A stretch of 64,000 nucleotides of DNA from Octopus sinensis. Taxonomy: Eukaryota. The stretch lies in assembly GCF_006345805.1 (NCBI RefSeq), contig NC_043007.1:48236001-48300000 (forward strand). Reading direction: 5' to 3'. The position numbers and the translations under genes were made by a program. This document shows positions 13,583 through 30,270 of the stretch, piece after piece. Each line of letters begins with the position of its first letter. Positions within the stretch are counted from its first letter, which is position 1. Below the pieces are notes generated by a model, which was not told the origin of the DNA, searched no databases, and saw only the letters and a list, made by a program, of their open reading frames with translations.

Positions 13583-13899
13583 TGCGTGTGTGTGCGTGTG
13601 TGTGTATGTGTGTAATGACTGTTTACTCGTTAATCGAATATGGCTCTTCTCAACACCAGCACTAACAGATTATTATACACATAGCCATCATACTAGTTAA
13701 AAACCAACAACACACAAACTCGCAGGCAATATGGAATTGAATAGTTGGTTTAAAATTACTAATAGATGGTCTGGGATAGACTACATGTTGTATGACTGGA
13801 AATGACTCTTTAGTCCAGCAACAGATTTACAACTTTTTTTACACAGACGACATGAAAATGCTTGATTTCGCGGTAAAGATTGCTGGAAATTGTTGACAT

Positions 13900-15200
13900 T
13901 TCATGTATCTTGTCAGATCTTATGGCAAACAGAGCGAGATAGTTCATCAGACTGTGACTGTGAAAAGTCAGTAGAGGGCCTAGATACGTGCTTCCGCTTA
14001 TGACTAACTTGTCCAGCTTGAGAGAGTCAAATACGGTATCACAAGTTAGGAGAGAAGGATCACTGGCAACATGCAAACCCTTTTTTACCTCTTTTTTTTT
14101 ATCAGTCCATGTTTCTGCTTATTATCTTCAAACGAGACAGCACCTTATCGGATGTTCTCCTCCATTTTGATCAGCCCATTGCATCGATCTTCCAGTTTGC
14201 GTGCATCATATTGAAAGTCTTTGACGAGGTATTTATTAACTGTTTGAAACGCACTTTTGGTTTACTTTGAGGCATTTTTGCTCCTTGGTATCTGACCATA
14301 CAATAATTGTTTGGGTATGCGTTGGTTAGATTCTCTTATCAGATGGCCAATCAAGCGAAGTCTGTGTCATTGAATTTCAGCTTCAATGTCATCCACACCA
14401 GCACTTCAAGTAATTTAGAATCTGGTTCCTTGTGCACCTATTTGATTTACAGTTTAGAGCACAATTATCAGAGTAGTCTATTATTTTCATCAAACTAATC
14501 CCGATTATCAGCTTTTTGTAACCAAGGAATTCAAAAGAGATATCATATAACTTGTAGTTCACTCCCTTGAAGGTAGATCTTGAATTGATGCAAGATGTTC
14601 CTGGAAAGCTTCCTGCACATCACGATTTTAAACTTTTCCTGGATTAATACGTTCTAGTAGGGTTTTAATGTAAAACTGCCTGTGTCTAAGATGTATTGTC
14701 ATTTTTTTTGCTCTAACAAGTGCGTTATCTGAATAACAGCCTGCCCCTTTTAAGGAACGCACATTAAGTATATTTTTTATATCTCTGTCTAACAATTACA
14801 AAATCAATTAGGTGCCGCTGTTTTGATCGAGGATGTATCCATGTGGCATTCTTTATGATTAAACTGATATTCAATATCAATAAGTCCATTTCTGTGCAAA
14901 GTTGACGGAGTAACAATGCGATATCGTTCATTTTCCCAACTCCATACCTTCCAAGACATCTGTATATGTTCTAATCAGTGCCAACTCAAGCATTAAATCA
15001 CTAAGCAAAATAATTTAATCAGAATTCGTTATACCATGCAAACACACATTTAAAGCTTCATAGAATTCGAGTTTTGCTTCTTCACTGCTATCAAGAGTCA
15101 GTGCATATACTTTTATAATTGTCACATAGCGATCATCTCTTAATTTCATGCGTAGAGCCATGATTTTCTCATTACTACAAAAGGACATACATAATTACAA
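13900..15200 (-). mobile_element. RTE (BovB-like) LINE remnant with the RT core deleted
   Basis: Endonuclease motif ATWIHPRSKQRHLIDFVIVRQR and linker D*FDEN are joined directly to C-terminal motifs RIPKQLLYGQ and KPKVRFK. Confidence 0.7.
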
Positions 15201-15904
15201 AAGTGTATAAAAGGACAATAAGACAGCAATGAAAATAACACAGAGTGCTAACAATGATGTGAGAAAAGCCTGTACAGAATTTAAGCCTTGTGTCACTTGA
15301 ATTGCCATTTTATGTTGCAAGTATTGCACAGATAGCACATGTGAAAGGTTTCAAGTTTCCTTATATGTCTGTAGTAGGGACTCGGCGCTTCTATCCCGTA
15401 CAAAGGCGTGCTCAAAATACAAAATTTGTATACACCTGCTTTAATTTAAAAACTGATACCGTGTTCACCCCACAAGCAATGGGAAAGTTTTCTAAAACAC
15501 TTGTAACCTTAGATATTTTAATATTTATTTCATCATGAAGAATACTCTTAAAGTTTATTGGACATCCAGGTTATTTAAATGACCTGACCCATTTGAGAGG
15601 CATACCGTCGATCATCACATTTGAATCTTGAGTATGTTCTGTCCCAAGAATAAAACTCCAGTCTTCTTAATGCTGAGTAAGTCCAAATGCATGAGCTGCT
15701 GCAGCAAACCTGTCGACTGTTTCCTGAATTCCTTAAAATGTATGAGAAATCAAAATGCAACTATCAACGAACAGACAATCACGTACAATCTCTTCCTTGA
15801 TCTTTTTCTTTGATCTGAAACTTTGCCCATTTACATTTAGTCTGTGCGAAACCGAAATTTTACACCTTCATGTTAATCCCTAAAATCATGTTGGAGCATT
15901 ACGG

Positions 15905-17330
15905 AAAAGAATGTGGCAAATAGTACTGGGCTAAAAAAAACAGCTCGGTTTATTTTCTGTGGAAACAGAAAATGCTTCTGAACATTGACCGTTAGATATC
16001 ACTGTTACCCTCATTCCTTTGTGCAAAGATTCTATTACCCTTATCATCTTGTCAGGAAGACCAACTTTTGACACAATTTTCCAAAGCGCCTCACAATTTA
16101 CTGTATCAAAAGCCTTAGTCAAGGCAACGAAGACCATGTACAAGTCAGTATTTTGCTCACGTGCTTTTTCTTGAACTTACCGACAGGTAAAAGTCATGTC
16201 ACCTGTACCTCTTCCAGCTTGAAATCCACATTAGAATTCAAGATATATGCTGTTTACTACATGCTTATCTATAAGGTTAATAATCACCCTCGCAAGAATT
16301 TTCCAGTTATGCACAACAAACTAATTCCCCTGTGATTATCACATACATACATCTTCCCTTTGTTTTTGTACAAGTTCGTCATAAATGCATCTTTGAACTG
16401 TTGGAGAACGGATCCACTTTTGCAGATCAAGTAGATCAACTCGCGTAGCTTTTTTTCACAAGCTATCTACCACCATGTTTGTACACTTCTATCGGGATAT
16501 CATCTTGTCCGGGAGCTTTACCACTGGAAATTTTTTTTAACAGCAGCTCTTATCTCTTCTCAGAAAGTATCTTCCGCAAGTTCCTCAATTACAGGCCTCT
16601 GAAGGATTTCATTGATTACTTCAGGATCGGTAGTGGATTTTTGATTTACTACAGATTTAAAGCGTTTAGCCAATCTTTTCATTGTTTAAGCGTTTCATTG
16701 TTTAAGCTTTCGTTAGAAAGAATATATTCCGCCCATTTTGGGACCAAATACATTTTCAGACTATCATGCAATTGTCTGAAGCTGTAGGAGCTAGCAGCCA
16801 GTTTCCAATGGTTGAGCATTTTTTAGCCACCAAGAATTTTTCATCTCACATTTTTTTCTGACCAATTTTCTTAGAGGAAATGTACAGAGATTTCAGTGAT
16901 GTTGAGTTGCTTTTTTGTTTTTGTTTTTTTTTTTGTATCTTTTGTGTATATATTGTAGGAGAGGTTTGACTTCAGAATCATTCTCATCGAACTAATATTG
17001 GTGCTTACATTTGACAAATCCTTGAACATCTGCAGCATATAATTTGATGCTGTCACGAAGATTATGTCACAAAACTTTCCTCTATATTTTTAAGTTTTGA
17101 ATTTGGATGTGTTTCAAAATTTTGTGTCGTTTCAGGATTTTTAAAGAAAACACAATTATTCTCGGAGATATATTGGATCTCAATGTCTTCTTTGTATATG
17201 GTTTGACAAATACTTTACTGCGAACCATTCTGTGATCCTAATAATATTCAGGAGTTTTGTGAGCTCTACTTAATCTTATATCACCCCAATCTTTGTTCTG
17301 AGTTATGACATCGTCATGCATATGCCAGTT
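15905..17330 (-). mobile_element. RTE (BovB-like) LINE fragment (endonuclease end to RT N-half)
   Basis: DHRMVRSK; GKAPGQDDIPIEVYKHGG; CGFQAGRGTGDM; YMVFVALTKAFDTVNCEALWKIVSKVGLPDK. Confidence 0.85.
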
Positions 17331-17359
17331 AGCAGATCGAGGATGATTCCAGGTGTTTA

Positions 17360-19450
17360 CAATTTGTGAGGGGGCTTACACAAAAAATAAAAGAAAGGAA
17401 AGAGAAAAGATAGTGAAATGAGATAAAAATATACATAGTATACAAAGCATGTAAACGCATAAATGGTGCAGTTCTGATACAGGAGAAACTCCAACTAGAG
17501 CCAATCTAGGAACCCCACGAGTCCAAGATTACTCTGGCCACTAAAGACATGAGCCCTCGCCTAACTGTTGTTTTCCAATCTACAAGTGCATACTTAGAGT
17601 AGGACCATTGACCCTAAACATTTTTTCCACAGTCACCCATCTTTTCACAAATTCAATGCGAGATAGCACTTCCCTCTCCAAATTCACTTTCCTTTCCAAG
17701 TGGATCCTTAAAAATCGATGGGAACTTGACCGAAGAGGAAGGTGTCTTGCCTCAATCCTTCTAATTCAGCTTCGTCGACGCATATAATTTCTCCGAGAAC
17801 ATCATCGCTCTTAACTATCACTATAACGTAAAACTTCCACCGATCGCATTATCCGACTGGTTAGGAGCGGTGAGTGCCTCGTGACATTTCAGGTGTCAGG
17901 CGCCCAATCTTATGCTTTTCGTAACTGAGGATTGCAGCTCCGTCAGAGATGAGCTGTGGAAAGGCGTGGCTTGCAAACGGAGTCCACACCTGCTCACTCT
18001 CTAGGAAAATCTGTAATTGGCGTATCCGCAGTTTGTGTTTGCGCATCATCAGCCATAACATGCCAAGGTCGCCTTCCAGAAACACTGCTAAGAAATGGAC
18101 CATCTGAAGAGTTGTCGCGTTCTTTCCACAGGAAACGCACCTTTTGAGTGATTCTAGCCACCCTACTTGTAACTTCGTCACAGTTCTTGTCCACGTAAAT
18201 ATCCGAGCCAAACCAGATTCCAAGCAACATTACTGTTCATCGACCTATTATGCTGTTCGATAGCATAGACTTGCTTCTCCAAGTATCGAGCCGCAAGTCT
18301 ACCGACTTGTTCGGATTTATCTTTGCTCTTGCCATCACTTTTTATTCCTTTAAAATGGAATCGACTACCAGAACTTTCGTTGTGTCTAACAGTAAGGCGA
18401 TGTCATCTTCATACATTAACACAGCTATCCCGCATCCAGTTTAACTGAGATGCTCCTTTCCAGCTTCCGCAGCCAAGGCTGGACTCAAGCACCAGAATAT
18501 ATAGAAGCGATGAGAGAGGGCATGCTTGATAGATCGAGCCAGCGATATGAAACAGTTCTGAGAGGCGGCCGTTTACTTTGACCACCGAGCAAGCATCACT
18601 GTGTATTGCTGCGATCCAGCCACTGAAACCTGCCAGGTAGCGATGGTCAACTCTATTGAAGGCTTTCGACTGATCCAAATTAATCAGAGCCCTGCCGGTG
18701 CCAGATTTGTCACACATTTCCTCTATAATGAAAGGCATGAGGTGGAGGTTGTCGTTGAAAGATCTATTACGGATTGCACTCGTTTGAACTTCTCCGACAA
18801 AACCATCAACGACAAACGCCAATCTCTTTCATAACACCTTGGCCAAAATTTTAAAACTCTGTATTTAGTAGAATTATGGACCTGAAATTGTCTATATTAT
18901 CTATATATCTTTTCACAGCAACGTTAACAAACCCCGGCTCACCGAACTAGAAATCTTGCCAGTTATGATAGACATTTGCCAAGAGGTTGACGAACAGCTC
19001 TGGCATATCACCATAAAACTCATAGGACAGACCATTCAGCTGGACAATTTGAGCAACTGTTCAATATTCTTGTATTTCAGTTGTTGTTGTTGGCTTTTCA
19101 CAGTGCCTTGCCTCTTCTGCTAAGAATCGTGGCAAGTAGTAGAGGTAAGTATTAAGGTCCATAATTCTTGTCACCTATCGCTTTCTCTGAAGAGTTGCGC
19201 AAGGTACTGCTGGAAGGCTGCACACATTTGCTTGGAAGCGCGCAGTAAGCTCCCATACTAAATTGTCAAAGACTGAATTGTGACTTTTTTACCACATCAA
19301 GCTTTCATCACACAAGCCCATTGAACGGCTTCATTTCGTTCATGTTTTAGCGCACGAACTTTCTCCTTGACAATGCAACCATCGTGTTTCGCATTGAAGA
19401 AATGGTCGAGGACCATTGTTACCGCCAGTATGTTGTTGAGATATCTTTTT
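17360..19450 (-). mobile_element. L1/Tx1-clade LINE, 5'-truncated and decayed, with 3' end
   Basis: QMCAAFQQYLAQLF; DNFRSIILLNTEFKILAKV; ALINLDQSKAFNRVDHRYL; QACPLSSLLYILVLE; LLGIWFG; HLERKVNLEREVLS..FVKRWVTV. Confidence 0.9.
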
Positions 19451-20202
19451 AATTACCGCTTCTAGCTTACTAATTCCTCTTCCAATCTATTGCTTTCTAT
19501 GACTACCTCTTTGTTAAACGCCGTTGTCTCACATTGAATTGCCCCAAAATACTTGAAGGATTGTGTATTGTCTTATTTTCTTTGGTACAACATTCACTCT
19601 GTTGGTAATATTGTTAATAGGATATAAAATTTGTTATTACTAATGAAAATCCTCCCTTCCGACAGATGTGATGACTTCACTGAAAAACTAGAGGATAACA
19701 CTTAGGAATCTTAAATAATTACAAACGAAAGTAGGAGTGGACAGGATGATATAAGCCAAAGGACACGTCAGTACATCTCATTCAGCAAAAAGCCATATTT
19801 TCCAGTAACCACTGACTCCAGACTATTAAATATTTTCATCTCTAAAATACCATACACGTAATTATTAGTGTTCGTGTACAGCGGAGCTTCAGTATACGGA
19901 CGTAATCCGTCCCAGAGTCCTGTGTTTTAAAACCAAATTGCTGAGTAATTGAAATACACCAGACCAAAATTCCATATAAAGGCCTGAAATGATATTTTAT
20001 TTTTTCATCTATCAATAGCAAATACATAGCTATATACGTATTTATGCATGCATGTGTTTCTCTCTTTGTCTTTTAGCAAAAATATGAGAGAATTTATTTA
20101 TTTCCATATGAAATATGAAAACCTGCAAGTTACATGAAATGCGTACATGGACGTTTATACACGCTCTTCCAGCCACTTATATGTGTTTGTAGTCTTCTCG
20201 TG

Positions 20203-20385
20203 GCTTGTTGTTCAAATTCCAGCCCACTAAGCGAATGGGCTCCCAATCATTTATTTGCGTATGTAGTCTCCTTGTAGTTTATTGTCCAAATTCCAACTCG
20301 CTAAGCGAATGGCTTCCTAATCAATACTCGTGCGTAGTATGCTCGTTGTTCGTTGATCACATTTCAGCTCGTTACCTGAGTTTAA
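20203..20385. repeat. Degenerate ~73-bp tandem repeat (~2.5 units)
   Basis: tt(g/a)ttgt(t/c)caaattcca...ctaagcgaatgg...cc(c/t)aatca occurs twice plus a partial third unit. Confidence 0.7.
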
Positions 20386-20831
20386 TTTTCTACAGAAAAA
20401 CCTTTCATTATTCAATTAGTTCGTACAGGGAACCTTTCATATATATGTACCCTACTGTATAACTTTTTTTATTAAGGACTGTTTAAATTCATCCCTTAAA
20501 GCCTTCGGTAAACAAATCTCTTGTTTCTTAGAAATTGCTTCGATACCGTCTCTAAAAAGAAAAAAAAACACTGCAAGTGGGGTGGGTGCTGTACGAAATG
20601 AAGAGGGGACGGACTAATTACCATGCTTAATAAAATTAAGCTAGCATTTTATACTTTTTAAATTCGTTCAGTCTTATGGCGGAGGAAGAAGGTTTATATG
20701 AATGCAAACAATTCTATCGCCACACAAATAAAGAGGGGTGGCGATAAGAAATAGAAAACTTTCCTAACAAGTTTTAATGGAGTGTATATGGTATCTTTCA
20801 GTTCAGAACCTTGCTGTTTAACGATGTACTG

Positions 20832-21075
20832 TTTATATTTCTGAATAATACGTTTCATTAGTGTTCGACAATTTATATTCTCAAATAATACGCCTGATTA
20901 ATGTACAGCTGTCTAAATTCCCTAATGATGCATCTGCTTCGTGTTCTACTATCTCTGCTATTTATATTTCTAAATAATACTTCTCATTAACGTTCAACTA
21001 TTTATATTCCCAAACAATGTGTCCGATTAGAATTCAGCTATTTATATTCCCGAATAATGCATTTGTTTAATGCAG
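20832..21075. repeat. Degenerate ~40-bp minisatellite (~6 units)
   Basis: Recurring tttatatt(t/c)c..aataat(a/g)c...att(a/g)..gt(t/a)ca.cta. Confidence 0.7.
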
Positions 21076-22229
21076 AAAGAGGATAAGATACATTTCGTCA
21101 ACATGGGAAAAAAGCAATGAAATAAAAAGGTAACTGACATTTTCATCACGCATGTTGCCATCTTCAAAGCACAAATATGAAAGCAAGGTAAGTGCTAGTT
21201 TGCCAACTTCATATTAACATACATTGGACAAGACATCCACCCTTCGTTCAGAATATCTGAACTCTCATCATCTTGACGAGAGTGGATAACTTTTACATTT
21301 TTTTTAACTTTCGCAAAACTAATAGAAATGGTTTGGTAAAAATGCCAAATTTAATTAAACAAAGAAGGATAAAAATCAATTAACTTATATAAAGACAAAA
21401 CATAAAATTACATTCATTAACAAACTATTTACAACTGATAAAACACATCGAGCGCAGGCAAGGTTATTTTATTTTGAAATCACATTATTCTGGTTTCGAT
21501 CCCACCACACGGTTATTTGGACAAATGTATTTTACCATAGATTCGAACAGAACACAGTGATGCGAGTGAAATTGTGTAAGACAGAATCTGAGTGGAAGCT
21601 AGATTAGTGAGTGGACTACACCTAATCTTAATCCGTCGTCCTTTTACACGCCACCAGCTTGTTTTGGGATTTCCTGAAGCAAAGTCTTTTCCCGTTGTAG
21701 ACATTCGAAGCAAATCTCCGATATGTAAATAATTCGTTAGTCATTGTTTGTTCCATCAGTCTCGGTTGTCCCTCTGTCAAGGAGCTGGAAACTGATAAAA
21801 TAAAATAAAATAACAAGAACCAATTACTTCAATCAGGCATGCACAATGAAGCATCATGACCAAGGTATTTATATGTGATCTCTTCATTTACTAGAAATCG
21901 CAAAGAAATTACTATAAAATCACACCCTACTGTCAGAAAAAAGGTAAAGATATATTCTACAACGTAGGCACAGATACATTATGTCTCAAAAGATAAGACG
22001 GCGTGGTCACAGATGGAAGGTTTTACAAGCATAGTCGTCCAAAAAGAGTTATCTCTTAAGTTAAACATCGACAATTACAATAACCCTAACCCTAACATCG
22101 ACAATAACCCTAACCCTAACCCTCATCATATGAGCCAAGGAAATGGGATAGAGCTCAGGAAATAAGACTGCCAACTCTTCCTCAAATTACACCCTATCGC
22201 TTAAAAGAGGTCACGTACAATGCAGTCTT

Positions 22230-22443
22230 AGATATTGGGATCAAAATTTGGCACAAGGCCAGCAAGTTTAAGGAAAAGATAAGTCGATAACATCAACTCC
22301 AGTGCTCAACTAGTAATTTTTTTTATTGAAAGGACGAAAGACAAAGTCGACCTCAGTGAAATCTGAATTCAGAACGCTAAGACGGATAAAATGCCGCTAA
22401 GCATCATTGCCCGGTGTGCAAATGTCTGCTAGCTCTCTGCCTT
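22230..22443 (-). mobile_element. tRNA-derived SINE family 2
   Basis: Reverse complement matches 50246-50462 (gagctggcaga...gcttagcggc...gttctgaattca...gaggtcgac...ttgtgccaaa). Confidence 0.75.
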
Positions 22444-22489
22444 AACATACGGTCTTTGATATTAAAATAATCGGAATAGTAGCAATACA

Positions 22490-22730
<241 letters not shown>

Positions 22731-23579
22731 TTATAAGATCCACGAATCTAAGTATAAGAAGTTTGTAAGGTTTGAGCAGTCTGTGGTTGCTATAAAAAAC
22801 AACGTTCAGGAACAATAATAATTTATTGGCGTTGCAGGTTGTAGGTTTTTCACATATCGAAGTTCGATAAACTGAAAAAACAAGTTGAATTGCTATGAAT
22901 GCAAATAAAAATCCAAATTAGGAGAGTAGAGGAGTTTAAATACAGGCTACATATGTTTCCTAGCTAGCAGATCCTCTGATGTAATAATTACTCAACAAAA
23001 GGTACTCAGCTAGCTACTCATCATAATAATTACATAACGTGGGGCAACTCGCCAAAGATCTCCGGCGAGTTATCTTGGGATTCCTTAACGACAATATAAC
23101 CTTCGTATAATTAAGGTATCTTCGGCCTGATGAATAGCTAGCTGAGCACTCTTTGTTTGTGTGAGTGTGCGTGTGTGTGCGTATGTGTGCGTATGTGTGC
23201 GTATGTGTGTATGGATGTATGTACATATATAATGATGAAAAAGACGTTAAAGAATAATTTATAAACACTGTGCAAGCATAAAATCCGACTATCTTAATTG
23301 TCTGGTGAATGCCACAGTAATCCACATGGGTTGTAAATTCAGTTTCTGACTCTGTGTAGATACAGTTTAAATACTGTATATAGTCACAGAGTATAATGGA
23401 AAAATACAAAAGAATAGTGATTTATTCATGATCGATCAGCTGCATACGTTTCAAATAGAATCGCATTTCTCAAAATGCATCAATGAACACTTAAACACAA
23501 ATTAATCGATTCCATATTTAATCGATTAAAATACTACAGAGAGGGATTCAACACCATCCTATTCTTATCAGAACAAGAT

Positions 23580-23700
23580 AGACAGATAGACAGATACATA
23601 CATACATACATACATACATACATACATACATACATACATACATACATACATACATACATACATACATACATACATACATACATACATACATACATACATG
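23580..23700. repeat. (TACA)n microsatellite
   Basis: Direct reading. Confidence 0.95.
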
Positions 23701-24903
23701 CATGTATGGTGATTGTGATCATAATCGTGGTGGATGTAGTGGTGCTGGTAGTGATATGTTGATAGTGAAAAGTATTTTATTGATGTAAAGGTAATTCTTT
23801 ATAGCACCCATCACTTAACGCATACGCATCAGTGCTATTTATCGTCTGCTCGCTTGAAATTGATATTTGTTTATAAGGGTTGATTTAGCCTAAACTATAG
23901 ATTCACAAGAAAGACTGTTGCAAGCTGTTTGGAAAAGGATGCCAAGATATAGAGCACGGATCATAGAGGAACAACAATAAAAAGTAAAAATAAAAACACG
24001 CAAAGAGACGCGAAGAAATGAATGTAGACGAAGTATATTTAAAGAAAACTAGACTAGGAATGCTATAAAAAGGCAAATCATCTTTTCTTTCCTAAATAGG
24101 TCCTCTTAATCTTTTTCATTTCATGGAATCTACACGGGTCCCACTGGTCTATATATAATTCTGCTTATTCGTTCGCTTGTTACGCTTCTTGTGTTTATGA
24201 AGTGTAGGTTTCAGCAAACTAAGACAATGGCCGTACAAATAACAAACTTTATATCGGAGCTATGGAAGGAAAGTTTGAAACTAGATATAACAACCATTTT
24301 TCGAATTTTAGGTACTGTTTATAAGAGACATTCGACAAACTTTTCGAGTCTAATCTGGAAGCTTAAAGACTAAGGGACAATTTTGATATCAAACGGAAAC
24401 TCCCCTCTCTATCCAGATCCTATATTAACGGGTTTAAAAGTTGTTAAGTTTGTTCGCTTGAGAAACTGTATTAAAACACTTGAGAACATACAACGAATAA
24501 ATAAATTCGAGGAACGAGGTTTTTTTAAATTTTTATGTCCACATTTCAAAAAATACATCTTGTCGGAATTTAAAAGTAGACCACTGGACGCTTAGTTATC
24601 CATAAACATCTGGTTTACGTCTGCTTAACATCGAATTATTGTAAGATAGGTTATCTCCCCTGCGTTTTTCCTTTTTGTCTTCTTCAATACAAGCGTTTCT
24701 TGTTTAAACGTTATCTGCTCAAAAGACAAAAGACAAGCGGTTTTGTTTCCATCTTGATAAATAGTGGCAAATATAATTATTTCGATCAGGGAACCCTGGA
24801 TAGCTGTAATTTCAAGATTTATGGTGTTATATAATTTAAGATCATCTTTATTCTCTTCGCTAATCGAGTACTTTTCTACTTGTTGAAGTATTACCACATA
24901 GTG

Positions 24904-24951
<48 letters not shown>

Positions 24952-25384
24952 ATGTGTGCGTTTTATATATATATGTGTATGTATGTATATATGCGTGTGT
25001 GTGCGTGTGTGTGTGTAGTAAATATGGCATTGAAGGACTGGTGGACAGCAATGGAATATACCGAAAGCAAAAATAGAAACAAATAATAGATGTGGACACG
25101 CTCATCAGGTATCCTTTTTGATATCAACCAAAAATCATCAATATTTCGACCCCTAATTGATAATATTGCTCAAATTGACATGCGCGAATAAGAAAGGCAA
25201 AATAAGACACAAAGAAGACGGTGTGTCGGTGCATGACCGACACGCACATATACATATATACATACATGCATACACACATACATACATACATACACACACA
25301 TACATACATACATACATACATACATACATGCATACACACATACATACATACATACACACACACATACATACATACATACATACA

Positions 25385-25420
<36 letters not shown>

Positions 25421-25423
25421 TAT

Positions 25424-26602
25424 ACTAGCAGTATCGCCCGGCGTTGCTCGGTTGTAAGGGAAATAACTATATAAGCATTTTTAGAGAGTTATAGCCAAAA
25501 AATAGCAAAAAAAATGCATTAAAAATTGAAAAAAAATTAAGGTAATTTTTTTTTAAATCGTTGGCACATCGTAGATATTTTTAGAGAGTTACTTCCCTTA
25601 TATAAAAGCGAAAAAAATGCACTAAAATGGAAAAATATGATGGTAAATTTTTTTTAAATCGTAGACTCATCGTAGACGCGCGCTAATACCCAGAAGGGCT
25701 CGATATGAATCACGACTATAAGATACCCGCTTTTGGTTAAACTGCACCGCAAAATGTGGGAGTAATTACGAATGTAAATCGAAGGGGACAGACACACAAC
25801 TTCACTCTTGTATAAAGATGCTTTTTTTTTCAGTCATAGAGTTAGATTTATGAAGGTCTTCAGTAGAAAATCCTTCGAATTCTGACTCGCTGCTTGATAT
25901 AATGAAATTCGTATCCATTTTTTGTCAGAATTACAAATTTTGAAAACACAATAGGATCAAATTTCGGAAAAAATCTCCCATAATTCACGGAATTAAAATT
26001 ACACTTCGATTTTTGTACAAAACTGTATTTGAAGTGTTTACGAAGTATAATACGTGTTTTCACGAATGTACTAAAGAGATTTACTCTGATATTCTCATTT
26101 AAATATGAATAGGTAAATTCGGGCGGTTTGGTAACGAAAGGGTTTATATAAGTGTCGTCTGTTTATACATAAACACTGTTTCATAGTTTCAGTTTAGTCT
26201 TCCTCAAATCACTGTCGCTAATTACTCTCTTCCAAGAACATTTTCACTCACTGTTATCTGTTAGCTTCCATACATTTTACTCATGTATCTATCAGCGTGA
26301 TAGACAGAAACAAATATTACATTTACTTTCATTTTATTCGTTGCCCACTGTGTGTGTGCGTTTGCGTGTGGTGTAAACCAGACTAAGAAAAGCATTTGAC
26401 ACACACACCAGAATGTGAGTTTTCTGTAAATTTTGCTTAATTGGAGTTTAAATTTTAAAAACTGGACCTGGCATGACGCGATGCATTGTACTCTTAAAAC
26501 TGCTAGGTAAATTGTAATTGAAGAAATCCTATATTGTAGATTTGTATAACTCCCAAAGGGAGGCAGCTAAAATCTGCCTTTTATAATAAGAGATAAGAGA
26601 TA
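25424..26602 (-). mobile_element. Non-autonomous Helitron, left arm of giant palindrome
   Basis: 3' end on the minus strand (actagcagtatcgcccggcgttgctcgg is the reverse complement of ccgagcaacgccgggcgatactgCTAGT); 5' TC end at the palindrome centre. Confidence 0.85.
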
Positions 26603-29121
<2,519 letters not shown>

Positions 29122-29137
29122 TATATATATATATATA

Positions 29138-29245
29138 GGTAGGCTCGAAACGTTAAAGACTTTTTCACTTCCCGAGCGCTACACAAATACATCTTTTTGT
29201 TGTCTTCGTCTTCGTCTTTTGTTGTTTTTTTTGTGAATTCTCCCT
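29138..29245 (+). mobile_element. Truncated Penelope-like pLTR fragment
   Basis: Matches 44985-45100 (gtaggctcgaaacgt.aaagactttt...aatacatct...ctccctatata); flanked by (TA)n. Confidence 0.7.
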
Positions 29246-29258
29246 ATATATATATAAA

Positions 29259-30270
29259 TCAGGTCATCTCATAAGTTCTGTCAGATTTTACCTTTTTTAA
29301 AATTTAATGAAATTTAATAGTATTTTAGAATGTCTAATGGAATTAAAAATTATTTTTATGCATTTGTGTACATTTAAACTAATAAAGTATTCTTTTACAG
29401 AATAATAGAATTAAAATTTCTTTGATCAAAGCCCTTTCTAACATGGAAGTATCCAAAGAGCATTTGAGGCACATAATGCTCTATGAGTGCAAAAAAGGAA
29501 ACTCTGCAGCCGAAGCGACTCGAAACATACACTCATTTTATGTGAAATAATGCTTGAATGAAAGAATTTGCAGAAGATAGTTTGCAAAATTCAGAAGTGG
29601 AGATTTCAACCTTGAAGATGAAGATCGAACAGGACGTTCAGTTGAGTTTGACGATAAGCTCCTTGAGGCATTACTTGCAGAAAATCTTGCATTATCAGTT
29701 GAATTGGCAATAAAGCTTAGTTCACACCATACAACCGTTCATCGTCATGTTCAACAACTTGGAAAGGTTCCTAAACTTGGAAATTAGGTGCCTCATGAAT
29801 TGACATCTGCTCTTCTCTCCATTCTCGCGAACTCATTTCACCCTTTTTGAATAGACTTGTGACTGGTGACGAAAAATGGATCTTTTATCGAAATGTTAAA
29901 CGTCGTAAACAGTGGCTTGGTAAAATCGGAAAAAGTTCAACCACAAACGAAAAAGGAACTTCATGGGAAAAAGATTCTTTGAATTGCTACCACCTAATGC
30001 AACAATCAATGCTCAAGTCTACTGTCAGCAATTTGAGCCTAGCTTGAAGAAAAAAAGACTCGCTTTAGTGAATCGAAAAGGAGTGATGTTTCATCAGGAC
30101 AATGCGTGACCCCACACTGCGAAGATCACATCACAGAAGATCGAAGAGCTTAGTTGGGAAAAAATTCCTCATCCACCTTATTCCCCCGACCTTGCTCCTT
30201 CAGACTACCATTTGGTAAATAGATGGAAGGAAGCCATAGATAATCAGGGAAAGTACCTTGATGATTAAAT
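29259..30270 (+). mobile_element. Mariner, same family as 56310-57476, internally deleted and lacking the right TIR
   Basis: Left TIR tcaggtcatctcataagttctgtc; MEVSKEHLRHIMLYE start; NRLVTGDEKWIFY; HQDNA; HPPYSPDLAPSDYHL. Confidence 0.92.

Noticed and set aside
20714-20748. Small hairpin tatcgccac...gtggcgata
   Set aside because: A 9-bp stem alone is not enough to call a feature.
20832-21075. CRISPR-like periodicity of ~40 bp
   Set aside because: Units diverge along their whole length with no constant repeat and unique spacers; no cas genes; eukaryotic context.
21170-21187. Possible 18-nt microexon (aag|CACAAATATGAAAGCAAG|gtaagt)
   Set aside because: Such splice-like motifs arise by chance in AT-rich DNA, and no partner exons are visible. 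RNA-seq would be needed.
22081-22123. Chromosome-fusion signature at the TAACCC repeats
   Set aside because: Only a few hexamers, all in one orientation, with no head-to-head TTAGGG/CCCTAA junction.
24383-24897. Two 70-90 aa ORFs in a non-repetitive stretch
   Set aside because: No motif recognised in any frame; lengths are compatible with chance.
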